From the NCBI GenBank assembly GCA_002773135.1, contig PFCB01000028.1, positions 4,203-68,202 of the forward strand: a stretch of DNA of 64,000 nucleotides. The letters run 5' to 3'. The stretch's first letter is position 1. Every line of letters begins with the position of its first letter. The notes beneath the pieces were generated by a model. That model was not told the DNA's origin and did no database searches. It saw nothing but the letters and a program-made list of their open reading frames with translations. Position numbers and translations under genes: made by a program. This document shows, one piece after another, positions 49,006 to 58,566 of the stretch. Source of the DNA: Candidatus Magasanikbacteria bacterium CG10_big_fil_rev_8_21_14_0_10_47_10 (lineage in GTDB: Bacteria; Patescibacteriota; Patescibacteriia; Magasanikbacterales; UBA922).

Positions 49006-50207
49006 TAGGTATGATTGAGATACATTTGCTTAAACAACGCCACGGTTTCATCTGTTGCATTTCCACGATTGAACAAAAGTTGATCGTGAAGCGCCGGCGC
49101 GTCTCTTCTTTTAATACTGCCGCGTATTAATCCATCTATGTGCGTATCAAGATCCTGAAGGTCTTTTACCAAATACCCATACTCATCCCGGAAATCTCCC
49201 AGCGAGTTCATTTCATGTGTCTCAAAAAATTTTGGTATGTCCAAAAAAATCATCGGCTTGCCAAGCAAGTAATATTCAATCCATATCGTGCTAATGCATG
49301 TCATAGCGATATCACTTGCCATGACATATTCAGTTGAATCTTGATTCATGAGATTATAGATTCGCTTCGCTCTTAAATTTTCTTCCTTGAAAAATTCTTC
49401 CCAGTCAACAGCGCCGCTGCTCTTTTTGTTGGATGGATCTATATACGCACCGGGATGTACTTTGATAATGAGGTTTACATTGTGTCTATCGGGAATAGTT
49501 AGAATATCCTCCAGCCAAGTAAAAATACTGGTGTGCTGATTCCATGTAGGCGCATAAAATACTGTCGGCAGATCTGGGTTAAGTCCAATGCGTTCAAAAA
49601 GCGCTTTTTTATCAACTGTTTTACGAAATAAATCATCTGATTTTGGCCCCCCCAATCTATGGATCATCGGAATGGCTTCAATCGCATGATCAGCGCAGTA
49701 CGCAAGGAAATCCTTTTCATAGGCAGGTCCGGTAATAATCGTATCCGTCATACGCTCAATTGCCGGTGAAAACACATCATACTTTGTTTTTGATGTGATG
49801 GTATGGGGAAAATTGATTTTATACCTCGCACGTTTATGCACATGAATATCATAGGAAAGCGTCGCGTTTACATAAAAATCAACACCAAATAACCAATTCG
49901 TCCAGACCACATTCGCCCACTTCGGAAGCGGCGGCCCGAAATCTTTTCGAATTAACGCTCGAAGCGGTCCACCGACTGCGGCGTTGGATGTATATACCAC
50001 CAAAGCACCGTCCTCGTGGACACGCATCATCACATTGTATATATAGAAAAATTCATTTGTCGTGGTTGTTTCGACAACATACACAGGATGCTTTCGCATT
50101 CGTGCTTTCACAATCGCGCCGTTAATGACCACAATATGAGGTACTTCGCATAGCCGAACCCCAATATTATATAAGCGAATCCAAATTTTCTTCAGTAGTT
50201 CTTCCAT
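49005..50207 (-). CDS. CDP-glycerol:glycerophosphotransferase (TagB/TagF-like) family protein
   Basis: G.PKSD.L, VFYAPTW, KVHP, SD...T..ST...EY..LGKP.IF. Confidence 0.75.
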   Translation of the reverse strand: MEELLKKIWIRLYNIGVRLCEVPHIVVINGAIVKARMRKHPVYVVETTTTNEFFYIYNVMMRVHEDGALVVYTSNAAVGGPLRALIRKDFGPPLPKWANVVWTNWLFGVDFYVNATLSYDIHVHKRARYKINFPHTITSKTKYDVFSPAIERMTDTIITGPAYEKDFLAYCADHAIEAIPMIHRLGGPKSDDLFRKTVDKKALFERIGLNPDLPTVFYAPTWNQHTSIFTWLEDILTIPDRHNVNLIIKVHPGAYIDPSNKKSSGAVDWEEFFKEENLRAKRIYNLMNQDSTEYVMASDIAMTCISTIWIEYYLLGKPMIFLDIPKFFETHEMNSLGDFRDEYGYLVKDLQDLDTHIDGLIRGSIKRRDAPALHDQLLFNRGNATDETVALFKQMYLNHT

Positions 50208-50225
50208 ACTTTGTACGAGGATATC

Positions 50226-52406
50226 TTAATTCTTCCCATTCCCTTCTATCGATACCAATAGTACGTCAGCCATATATTTCACCGCCCAATTCAGCGCTTC
50301 GTACCTTCCATACTCACCCGAAATCGGCCAACTTCCCCACACAGCTCCCAAACCGCCAAACCGCGGCTCCATCATATTTTGTCTCGCTTTCAAATACCCC
50401 TTCATGTTTTCCGCGGCATGCGTATACGTTTCAATACCCGTCTTTTTGTACACTTTTTGGCAAGTAACTGCTGTTTGTGCAATACCTGTTAGACATGCCC
50501 AGTCAGCGGTTCCCTGCCAATCAGATCCCAGTCTTCCCGGAATCATTCCAATATCGTCCATCTGAGATACTATCCCGTCAATTGCTTTGCGCGCGGCACT
50601 CATATACCGCTGATCATCCAGCATTTCACCAATATCCCACAAACCATCAACCGTATAGGCCATGGTATGGAGCAAGGCATCATCCTTTTTTTGAAAATCG
50701 GCGTCAGCAAACCATCCATATTCATTCTGACACGTTGTGGTGTGTTCTGCTGCTCTGCGGCCCGCCTCTACCAACGTTTGATCCTTTTGATCAAGACCAA
50801 GGGCAACCAGCGGGGCTATTGCGTATATATTGTATGTTGTGGTTTCCGTGTTGACACTGGATGCGTTATCAATAATCCAACGCCCCTCTTTATTCTGTTC
50901 CCTACTTGCTATCCAATTTGCTGCTTTGTTTGCTCCGTCAAGATATTTTTCAAGTCCGGTTTCCTTGTACAGCGCAAACAGCCCACGGATGACTTGTCCC
51001 GTATCAAAGACTGCTTTATTTGGGCTTACCCTGATGTTGCCGCCGTGCACTGCGCCATCATCATGCATTATTGCCAACTCCCAATTTCCCATTTGTTTCG
51101 CACGCTGCATGAGATCGCTATCTGAAAAAAATTTGGAGGCATGAATCATGGTTGGAATGATATATCCCGTTGTCTCCGGATATGATGGCTGCCAGCCACT
51201 GCCATTTTCTTTTCCATTTGACACAATACTAACGCCTCGACTCACGCCCCCATCAGGCGTTGCATCATGCGCCCGCACCAGCCAGTCCACACTATGGCGC
51301 AAGTGCGTTGTATCAGTGCCGGCAAACGCGTAGTTGCGACTTTCGAGTGCGCCACTAAAAACGGCAGCCTGCTTTTTTTGCTTCTTTCTCTTTGACCGAG
51401 CGACAATACGTTTCAAAAACGAAGCTTTTTTCTTTGGCGCCGCCTGTATACTGCCAATAAAACATATCTTCTCCAAGGTCACTCGAAAAAAAGGCATTGT
51501 ACTGACAAGGTTCTCGAGCCCAAGAAAAAAATTGAATAGAGGCACCTGCACCCACTTTGGTGCAATATATCGAAAACGTAATTCTTCAAACAACCAAAAG
51601 TGAATGCCCCACCCTGCCCCTGAGTAGCCAATTGGCGTGACAAATGTTTGATCACACCATTTTTCAATGTCGCGATACGAAAAATATGCGTCATATGCCA
51701 GGCCCCAACTTCGGCGCTTTTCCATGGCAGGCATCATACGAAATCGTTTGTACAATTCCTTTGAATTATACTTATTGTACACCTCCAACGCGACATATCC
51801 CTGTGGCTTTGTTGTCCGTGCCATTTCGGCAAAAGCTTGTTCCGGCGCGCGCAAATGCTGATAGACTCGAATGCTAATGGAAAAATCCGCGACAGCATCC
51901 TTGAACGGCATATCTTCCAACTGGGCGCATACCAACCAATACCCCGGCTCACGACGCTTTGTTGCTTGAAGAAGCGTCAGGGATGTATCAACGCCAATAT
52001 GCACTGCTGCTTCTGGATAGCTTGATAACAATCTTCCGTTTCCACATCCGCCATCAATAATAGTCTTACCCGCCAAATCTATGTCTTTTGTGAGTCTCTT
52101 TACCGCCCGGAGCTCTGATTCATGGGTATAGAGTCCCCAAGGTGTCCCTTGCTTTTGCAGATAACTATCATATTTTTTTGCGTAACTGGTTGCGTTTTTG
52201 TCCTGATCCCAATGCCGCTTATGCGTGGATGGCGCGTATGTATCATTTGGGTACAAAATTGGTATGCCATCCACAATCGGATAGGTGCTGTGACAATCTG
52301 CGCATCTCAGTAGGTTGTTCCCTTCTTTTTGTGACAGACTCAAGTCACCGCGACATCGTCGTGATGGACAGCAAAGTGCAGCAATGAATTCACGAGAAAG
52401 AGACAT
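50226..52406 (-). CDS. Fusion: Trm112-like Zn knuckle - class I SAM methyltransferase - (alpha/alpha) barrel (prenyltransferase/terpene-cyclase-like) domain
   Basis: CCP..C...C..C..YPIVDGIP, IDGGCGNGR, then DWL..A.D.TPDGGVS, SYPETTGY, FDTGQ, HT.AY, LTG.AQ. Confidence 0.8.
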   Translation of the reverse strand: MSLSREFIAALCCPSRRCRGDLSLSQKEGNNLLRCADCHSTYPIVDGIPILYPNDTYAPSTHKRHWDQDKNATSYAKKYDSYLQKQGTPWGLYTHESELRAVKRLTKDIDLAGKTIIDGGCGNGRLLSSYPEAAVHIGVDTSLTLLQATKRREPGYWLVCAQLEDMPFKDAVADFSISIRVYQHLRAPEQAFAEMARTTKPQGYVALEVYNKYNSKELYKRFRMMPAMEKRRSWGLAYDAYFSYRDIEKWCDQTFVTPIGYSGAGWGIHFWLFEELRFRYIAPKWVQVPLFNFFLGLENLVSTMPFFRVTLEKICFIGSIQAAPKKKASFLKRIVARSKRKKQKKQAAVFSGALESRNYAFAGTDTTHLRHSVDWLVRAHDATPDGGVSRGVSIVSNGKENGSGWQPSYPETTGYIIPTMIHASKFFSDSDLMQRAKQMGNWELAIMHDDGAVHGGNIRVSPNKAVFDTGQVIRGLFALYKETGLEKYLDGANKAANWIASREQNKEGRWIIDNASSVNTETTTYNIYAIAPLVALGLDQKDQTLVEAGRRAAEHTTTCQNEYGWFADADFQKKDDALLHTMAYTVDGLWDIGEMLDDQRYMSAARKAIDGIVSQMDDIGMIPGRLGSDWQGTADWACLTGIAQTAVTCQKVYKKTGIETYTHAAENMKGYLKARQNMMEPRFGGLGAVWGSWPISGEYGRYEALNWAVKYMADVLLVSIEGNGKN

Positions 52407-52409
52407 ATT

Positions 52410-53951
52410 TTATGATTTAAATATTACGTTTTTCATTATTTCTTTTTTGTAAATAGTCCAAAGGGCTTCCATACTTTCCCCGCCACGCTCCCACGCCTTA
52501 AAATAATTGTACTCGTGACCGGTACCCAAAACGGCTGCCACGTATTGCTCAAGCGCGCGTTCGTACTTCTCATTTTTAAAATCCTTTTTTAATACTTCTA
52601 GAATTTTTGCGGCAAGCGTTGTCATATCATGGTGCACAAAGACATTTGGCAATTTTTTTGTTGTACCCAAATTTCCCAGTTGAATCGCCGGCTTATTGTA
52701 AAATGCCGCCTCAGCAATGCTGGTACTGTTGGGGCTAATGATCATATCCATTTTTTGCAAGATACTATCGTTTGGGATCCTATAATCAACCAGTTTCACG
52801 TTGACAGTTCGCGCCACCTTTTCAATGTATGATGGCGGACGAAATCCAACCATACCGGGATGCTCCTTTACCACCAATGTGTAGTCCTTTGGCAATGACA
52901 TGGCCACCTGTCGAGCGGTTTCTATCTGATTGCTAAAATATGGTGCCATTACATCAATGGTTGCTTCGGGCTGAAACTGGAGTGGAAAATACACAAATGC
53001 GCCAGCCTTTTCCAAAGGATAATATTCTCGCGTCTGCATCTTGCGTGTATATATCTTTGGCGCGTAGTGATCTCTAAGCTTGATTACAGGTGGCCTGTAA
53101 TCAACGGTTATTCCTGTGCTCTCCAACTCATTCACTTGTTTTTTTGTATACCACTTTACAATTTGGTAGTATGGCGAAATTTCAGTCCGCAGCCACTGTT
53201 TCAGTGGTGTTTTCTTTCCTTTCAGAACAGGTATTTGATAGTCCGGAACCTTAAATTCTTTCCGAAATTCCGCAATGTACTCCTTTGCTTTATCCAAACG
53301 TGGGGAGCGTATCTTTCCTTCGCGCAACTGATCCACATAGTCATAAAAAGGCCCCTCATCATCAAAATGATTGTAGGTAAAGAGAAAGTATCCCTTTATT
53401 TTTGAGTCTGTCACAGCCATCATGGGAACGCCTTGCCTGTGCGCATACAGGTTAAACATAATATGTGGAAGGGAGACAAAATTCGGCGCAATGATTAAAT
53501 CCGGCTTAAATGTCTCAAAAAATTGTTTACTGTACTTGTATACGGCCATGACAAAATCAATGATTTCTTCATCGGATACATTCTGCCGAAAGCTATAGTA
53601 ATATTTATCCTTGTAGCACTTCACGTGATTGCGAAGTGTGGATACAACGGGCCAGATGGAGTCAATCCCCAAAGCATCACAAATTTCTTCCAGTGAATAT
53701 CTGTCACCGGCCAAATAGTCTTTTGGCCGACTCATTATTTCGTCGTTATTGATAATAAGTTCATATTTCGCGTCCGGCTGATTGACAATAAGGTCATGGG
53801 TTGTATTTTTGAATGTTAACGCGGCCAATACCGCACCATTTTCATATAACTTCCGTGCCAAAAATCGGCCAATGCCTTTCCCCCAGCCACGCTGTTGAAA
53901 AAGAATGATTCGTTTCCCTTGAAATTCATTTTGCTGACGTGCTTCACTCAT
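52410..53951 (-). CDS. Capsule polysaccharide biosynthesis (KpsS/LipB-like) protein, probable nonulosonate/Kdo-type transferase
   Basis: YFPLQFQPEAT, VKEHP, NST...EA....KP. Confidence 0.75.
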   Translation of the reverse strand: MSEARQQNEFQGKRIILFQQRGWGKGIGRFLARKLYENGAVLAALTFKNTTHDLIVNQPDAKYELIINNDEIMSRPKDYLAGDRYSLEEICDALGIDSIWPVVSTLRNHVKCYKDKYYYSFRQNVSDEEIIDFVMAVYKYSKQFFETFKPDLIIAPNFVSLPHIMFNLYAHRQGVPMMAVTDSKIKGYFLFTYNHFDDEGPFYDYVDQLREGKIRSPRLDKAKEYIAEFRKEFKVPDYQIPVLKGKKTPLKQWLRTEISPYYQIVKWYTKKQVNELESTGITVDYRPPVIKLRDHYAPKIYTRKMQTREYYPLEKAGAFVYFPLQFQPEATIDVMAPYFSNQIETARQVAMSLPKDYTLVVKEHPGMVGFRPPSYIEKVARTVNVKLVDYRIPNDSILQKMDMIISPNSTSIAEAAFYNKPAIQLGNLGTTKKLPNVFVHHDMTTLAAKILEVLKKDFKNEKYERALEQYVAAVLGTGHEYNYFKAWERGGESMEALWTIYKKEIMKNVIFKS

Positions 53952-55018
53952 ATAATAGTCTGTTTGTATGCGTTCATTCGATCAGTATACACTTCCAAAA
54001 AATACTCTTTGTCATAATATTTTTCACCGGCAAAAACCGTCACAGGCTCCCCGCCAAATCCTCTTTTAAATTTACTAATATCAATCTCCTTCTGTGAAGG
54101 AACTGAAAGTAACGTGGGACCATAATCTTGCCAGCCCACTTCATACGAAGATACTTGCTGTCGGTGCATATACTCTATTGCTGCCCATTGAATACAATGG
54201 GCAATTGGTAAAGTTGAAGCATCCGGATCATTGCACGCGGATCCCAAATAGGCATGTTTATTGTAGATATAAAAATATGCAAAACCGACCCAATTTTCCC
54301 CCTGCTTTGCTCCTATCAAAAATGCGTTCCTATCGCGGATAAAGTTCTCCATCATATCAAATGTCAGTGAAGAACGTGTTTTCCGGCCGGCAGCCTTCTC
54401 GTGCAAGTTTTCATATTGGACATATATATCTCTTGTGAGAACAGACGCATCAAATATCTCCGTACGAAGTACTTTTTCCCCCCTCTTCAAGTCATATTGA
54501 TGGCCATGTCGAATGCCTTTTTTTAGTGAATCCAAGGGCGCGTCAAGCAACATGCACTGCGATATCCATGACGTATCAAGGAATCCAAATTGCACCAAGG
54601 GGTTAGCCTTCAGCGTATTCCTCTCACTGGCACACAACATTAGTGGACTGTAGCTTACTGCGCACCGTTTCACACCATGATCAGTTGCCAAACCATCCAA
54701 TTCTTCGAACAACATTTTTTGGGCTTTCTTTTTTTGCTTATCGCCCAGTAGCGGCGCAAATATTGGATTCGGCCCCGGTTGGCCGTTCAAACCAAACACG
54801 CGCGTTCCCTGCTCGGACATCTCTATCAAGGGTATGCCACCAACAATCTGGCCATCATGCACAACAACAAACGATCGGTCTACTGGTTCAAATGGCGCCG
54901 CATATGCCAGTTGATACTGTAGCCCACCGGACGTGTGCCAAAACCATGCGTCATTGCTTTTATTGCATAGGTCATCCCACTGGCTGTATCGTTGCCGCTT
55001 GAGTGATTCAATATTCAT
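53948..55018 (-). CDS. FemAB-like / GNAT acyltransferase
   Basis: WFWH, IQWAAIEY, FKRGFGG. Confidence 0.75.
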   Translation of the reverse strand: MNIESLKRQRYSQWDDLCNKSNDAWFWHTSGGLQYQLAYAAPFEPVDRSFVVVHDGQIVGGIPLIEMSEQGTRVFGLNGQPGPNPIFAPLLGDKQKKKAQKMLFEELDGLATDHGVKRCAVSYSPLMLCASERNTLKANPLVQFGFLDTSWISQCMLLDAPLDSLKKGIRHGHQYDLKRGEKVLRTEIFDASVLTRDIYVQYENLHEKAAGRKTRSSLTFDMMENFIRDRNAFLIGAKQGENWVGFAYFYIYNKHAYLGSACNDPDASTLPIAHCIQWAAIEYMHRQQVSSYEVGWQDYGPTLLSVPSQKEIDISKFKRGFGGEPVTVFAGEKYYDKEYFLEVYTDRMNAYKQTII

Positions 55019-56451
55019 AGATCCGAAGCCTTTAACTCTCCAACAATTATTCCTGTAAGTTCTGCCATGCTTTCTTCAAAACTGAGTTCGGAAATCTTGT
55101 CAACAAATCCTTCAACATATGCATGTACAGTGGCATCATCAAATGCTTTCAAAAATCGAAGAACATCTTGTTCTGTTACCGAAAAACCATCTGCGATAGA
55201 TCGAAGCGCTGCTTTGCAGCTTTCTACGTCTGCAATGCGAAATAATTTTGGAAAATCTCTATACCATGGATAGCCAAATATTAAAACAGGCTTTTTCCTT
55301 ATAGTTGCCTCCCAGCCCGCAGTCCCTGTTACTGTTGCTACGGCCTTGGCTTTTTCGCTTAGGGTAAACGAATTCATGTGTATGGGAACCAACTGCACCC
55401 GCGGGATCTGCGCGAGTTGCTTGTAATACCCAGGATATCTATTTGATGAATACGCCGTTCCACTGCGCAGCCACCATTGAGACGGATGCTCCTTCACATA
55501 CACCCTCCACCCTTTCGGTAATGAGGCCGCGAGTGTCTCTATCATCAATGTTTGATCCACAAAAATATCTCCCTGTGGGCTGGTTGTCCTTTCCGGCTGA
55601 AAATTAAGCGGCACATACACATACGCATGGTCCAAATCAGGATGCAGCTCAACCACGCGTGCGTATTCCTTCTCCAAATTTGGTTTGAATTGCTTCACAA
55701 AATATCGTGGTCCCCGTTGTATAATAGAGCCATCCAAGATGCTCTTAATAAGCTTTTTTATCTTTTTTATAAATGGTTTAACACCCGTAAACTGCTTCTT
55801 CCAATGCGTCATGTAAATGGGTGTGGAATCAACGGTACTGTCAGTTTGCTTTTGGTAGTAATCCCCAATATCCCGGCTCAAATCTTCAGATTGTATTGTT
55901 GTATGGTCATACAATGCAATTTTTTCTTGCAACAAAGGGCTTCCCTGTTCCCAATCACAATATGTTAACAGACGGTCTGAGACCCAGGAGTCTTCAAACA
56001 TTATGGTCTTGATTCCTGCTCGTTTTGCCAGAGCGTATAGGATGTAATTATAGACGGTGTGTGGAACAGTAGGAAATATAATAGCGTCAGGTTTGTGCTT
56101 TTCCAACAACCCATGCCAATATTGCAGCATGATGTAATACCGGTGCCTGCGCTTATCAACACAATCTGTATCAAAACGTTTATTCATCATGGTCAACACC
56201 AACGATTCAGTTCTGTGCATACTATCAATAAGCGCCTTGCTTGGCGGCGGAAAATCGTACACGTCCACATTTTTTGCTGGCAACCCATCCCACGCGTCAA
56301 TGTGAGAATGAAACACAGTCCCCTGTGGTACCTCTTCCTCGGATGCCTGTGTCCCCACCCAATACAAAATCTCATGGCCATCTTGCTGCAGCCCATCAAT
56401 CAAACCTGAAATTTCTGAACGATTCGCAGCCCAAATCAAAAATAATTTCAT
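55015..56451 (-). CDS. Capsule polysaccharide biosynthesis (KpsS/LipB-like) protein
   Basis: YVPLNFQPERTTSP, VKEHP, TGTAGWEA....KP...FG.PWY. Confidence 0.78.
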   Translation of the reverse strand: MKLFLIWAANRSEISGLIDGLQQDGHEILYWVGTQASEEEVPQGTVFHSHIDAWDGLPAKNVDVYDFPPPSKALIDSMHRTESLVLTMMNKRFDTDCVDKRRHRYYIMLQYWHGLLEKHKPDAIIFPTVPHTVYNYILYALAKRAGIKTIMFEDSWVSDRLLTYCDWEQGSPLLQEKIALYDHTTIQSEDLSRDIGDYYQKQTDSTVDSTPIYMTHWKKQFTGVKPFIKKIKKLIKSILDGSIIQRGPRYFVKQFKPNLEKEYARVVELHPDLDHAYVYVPLNFQPERTTSPQGDIFVDQTLMIETLAASLPKGWRVYVKEHPSQWWLRSGTAYSSNRYPGYYKQLAQIPRVQLVPIHMNSFTLSEKAKAVATVTGTAGWEATIRKKPVLIFGYPWYRDFPKLFRIADVESCKAALRSIADGFSVTEQDVLRFLKAFDDATVHAYVEGFVDKISELSFEESMAELTGIIVGELKASDL

Positions 56452-58256
56452 ACGTTTTTCCCTAGTATTGAATGCATCCTGGACAAATAACTTGTTCCAT
56501 CCGCTAGCAATTGCTTTGGAGATCCTTGCTCTATCACAGTCCCCTTATCGATTGCCACAATGGTGTCGGAGCCCAACACGGTTGATAATCTGTGCGCAAT
56601 AATAATTACTGTAATTTCGCCCTTCAACCCGTCTATAACCTGCCTAATTTTTGCCTCTGACTCATTATCCAGCGCACTCGTGGCTTCATCCAAAATAAGC
56701 AACTTCGGCTTTCGCGCCAGAACGCGGGCAATGCTCAGGCGCTGTCTTTGCCCACCTGAAAGACGGATTCCTCTGTCACCAATGACTGTATCAAATCCGT
56801 CAGGACAGTCCATAATGGCATTGTACATGTTTGCTTGCTGTGCAGCCAAGGCAATATCCTCCTGGGTTATTGTTTCATCAAAAAAAGAAATATTGTTGGC
56901 AATTGTGTCATGAAACAAAAAAATGTCCTGCGATACATACCCAATGCTGTTTCTGTATTCCTGCAATGATATTTGTTGAATGTCTGTCCCATCGATGCAA
57001 ACCCGCCCCTCTGTTGGCTGCAACAATCGTAAAAGAATATCAACCAACGTTGTCTTTCCTGCTCCGGATTCTCCTATTATCCCCACCGTCTCCCCCTTTG
57101 CGATGCTAAAATTCAATCCGGACAACACAGAACTTCCACCAGCATACGCAAATCCGGTGTTTTCAAATGTAATACTTTTGTTCAATGTGAACGGCGTCCC
57201 TTCTATATCGGACTCCCTCTGATCGTGTGCAAGCAACTCGTAGTCAAGAACATTTTTCAAAAAAGGATAATTGGCATTAATCCCGATGATAATCGTATTT
57301 AATCGTTTGATATACACAAAAATCTGCTTGATCAGATAAATTATGACAAGCAACGCCGCAAAATCAAACGTCGGTGACTGGTAAAAAAAATAAAAAACGA
57401 GAACAATAAAAAGAAGGCTTACTGGCTGCATCAAATGCGTTGACGTAATGTTAACAAAAAAAAGTCGGATTTGGAGCTCCTTAACTTTTTCAAAGAAGGA
57501 AACGCCCACCCGACGAACTCGATCCTGCACATTCATGGCTTTAATTGTTTTCATCCCTGTGATCGCTTCGTTAATCTGGTGAGATAATTCTTTATAAATA
57601 TTTGTCTCCGCAACCGAAATTTCACGTATCTTGCGAATAAACGGCCTGATTGCCAAAAAAAGAACAATACCAAGAAAAAAAGTACCCAATGTTATAACAG
57701 GTGAAATACTTATTGCTACCGCAGAATATACCGCTAAATTCACCAGCGTCATCACCGCCATGCTAATGATGCTGAGATAATTTTTACTCCGAACGACATC
57801 TGTCAAAAGTACTTGCTCAAGATATCCCAATTTCTGCTTCATCAGGTAAGACCATGATGATTCCAACGTAGCAGAAAGAAGCCTCGTCCTCGTCTCAGCC
57901 TCGTACTCCGCATTAATTTTCAAGCTGATATACGAAAAAGCTATGGTGATGACTGATGTGGCAATAAAAAGAAGAGAAATAAATATGAGCAAATACGGAA
58001 CACTAAAATTAACACCTACAAGTTGAAAACCAGCTTCAATGTACGTTGAAATTGGATCAGTCGCGCTATTTTCAGCGCCAACAATAAGTGAAAAAAGTGG
58101 AATCAACGCGTTAATCCCGATTCCTTCAAAAACGCCACTCACAAAGGCAAGAATAACCAAAATAATAATTCTGCCTTTGTATTCGCCAAATGCGCGATTT
58201 GACAGGTGAATCGCGTTCTGTATGGTTGCGATATATCGATGTATCATACCTTCCAC
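56448..58256 (-). CDS. ABC transporter fused permease/ATPase (MsbA/PglK-like glycan exporter)
   Basis: TM domain plus GESGAGKT, Q-loop, LSGGQRQR, ILDEATSALD, AHRLST. Start 58256 or 58247. Confidence 0.92.
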   Translation of the reverse strand: MEGMIHRYIATIQNAIHLSNRAFGEYKGRIIILVILAFVSGVFEGIGINALIPLFSLIVGAENSATDPISTYIEAGFQLVGVNFSVPYLLIFISLLFIATSVITIAFSYISLKINAEYEAETRTRLLSATLESSWSYLMKQKLGYLEQVLLTDVVRSKNYLSIISMAVMTLVNLAVYSAVAISISPVITLGTFFLGIVLFLAIRPFIRKIREISVAETNIYKELSHQINEAITGMKTIKAMNVQDRVRRVGVSFFEKVKELQIRLFFVNITSTHLMQPVSLLFIVLVFYFFYQSPTFDFAALLVIIYLIKQIFVYIKRLNTIIIGINANYPFLKNVLDYELLAHDQRESDIEGTPFTLNKSITFENTGFAYAGGSSVLSGLNFSIAKGETVGIIGESGAGKTTLVDILLRLLQPTEGRVCIDGTDIQQISLQEYRNSIGYVSQDIFLFHDTIANNISFFDETITQEDIALAAQQANMYNAIMDCPDGFDTVIGDRGIRLSGGQRQRLSIARVLARKPKLLILDEATSALDNESEAKIRQVIDGLKGEITVIIIAHRLSTVLGSDTIVAIDKGTVIEQGSPKQLLADGTSYLSRMHSILGKNV

Positions 58257-58513
58257 TCATTAATCGTATCCACAACTTTCTTCTTCACGTTCAAATACTT
58301 TTCTGTTGCTTTTTTTTCAAGCTCCGGTGAGACCAGCCGCAATATTTCCTTTCCAAGAATTCTATACTGGCCCCCTACTTTATTTGCCTTAATCAAGCCT
58401 TTTTTTAAAAGCCGTTTCATTGTGCTCGAGCTTATCTTGAGCAGTTGCTGAGCCTCTGACGTCGTATAGATGCCATTGGGATCAACCGCATTGTGGGTTA
58501 TGTCGTCGTGCAT
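58244..58513 (-). CDS. Excisionase-like (HTH_17, MerR-type winged helix) DNA-binding protein
   Basis: YTTSEAQQLLKISSSTMKRLLKKGLIKANKVGGQYRI. Confidence 0.88.
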   Translation of the reverse strand: MHDDITHNAVDPNGIYTTSEAQQLLKISSSTMKRLLKKGLIKANKVGGQYRILGKEILRLVSPELEKKATEKYLNVKKKVVDTINEWKV

Positions 58514-58525
58514 ACGTTGCTTTCA

Positions 58526-58560
58526 GATACAGTGTATCATACTGATCTATCAGGTGTCAA
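58526..58560 (-). promoter_or_regulatory. Promoter with two overlapping dyads (candidate operator)
   Basis: TTGACA-N18-TACACT (TG extended); CTGAT-N2-ATCAG in the spacer and GATAC-N3-GTATC over the -10. Confidence 0.6.
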
Positions 58561-58566
58561 AAAGGG

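Noticed and set aside
58244-58513. Prophage or ICE excisionase
   Set aside because: No integrase, att repeats or phage genes nearby. The gene is coupled to a glycan operon.
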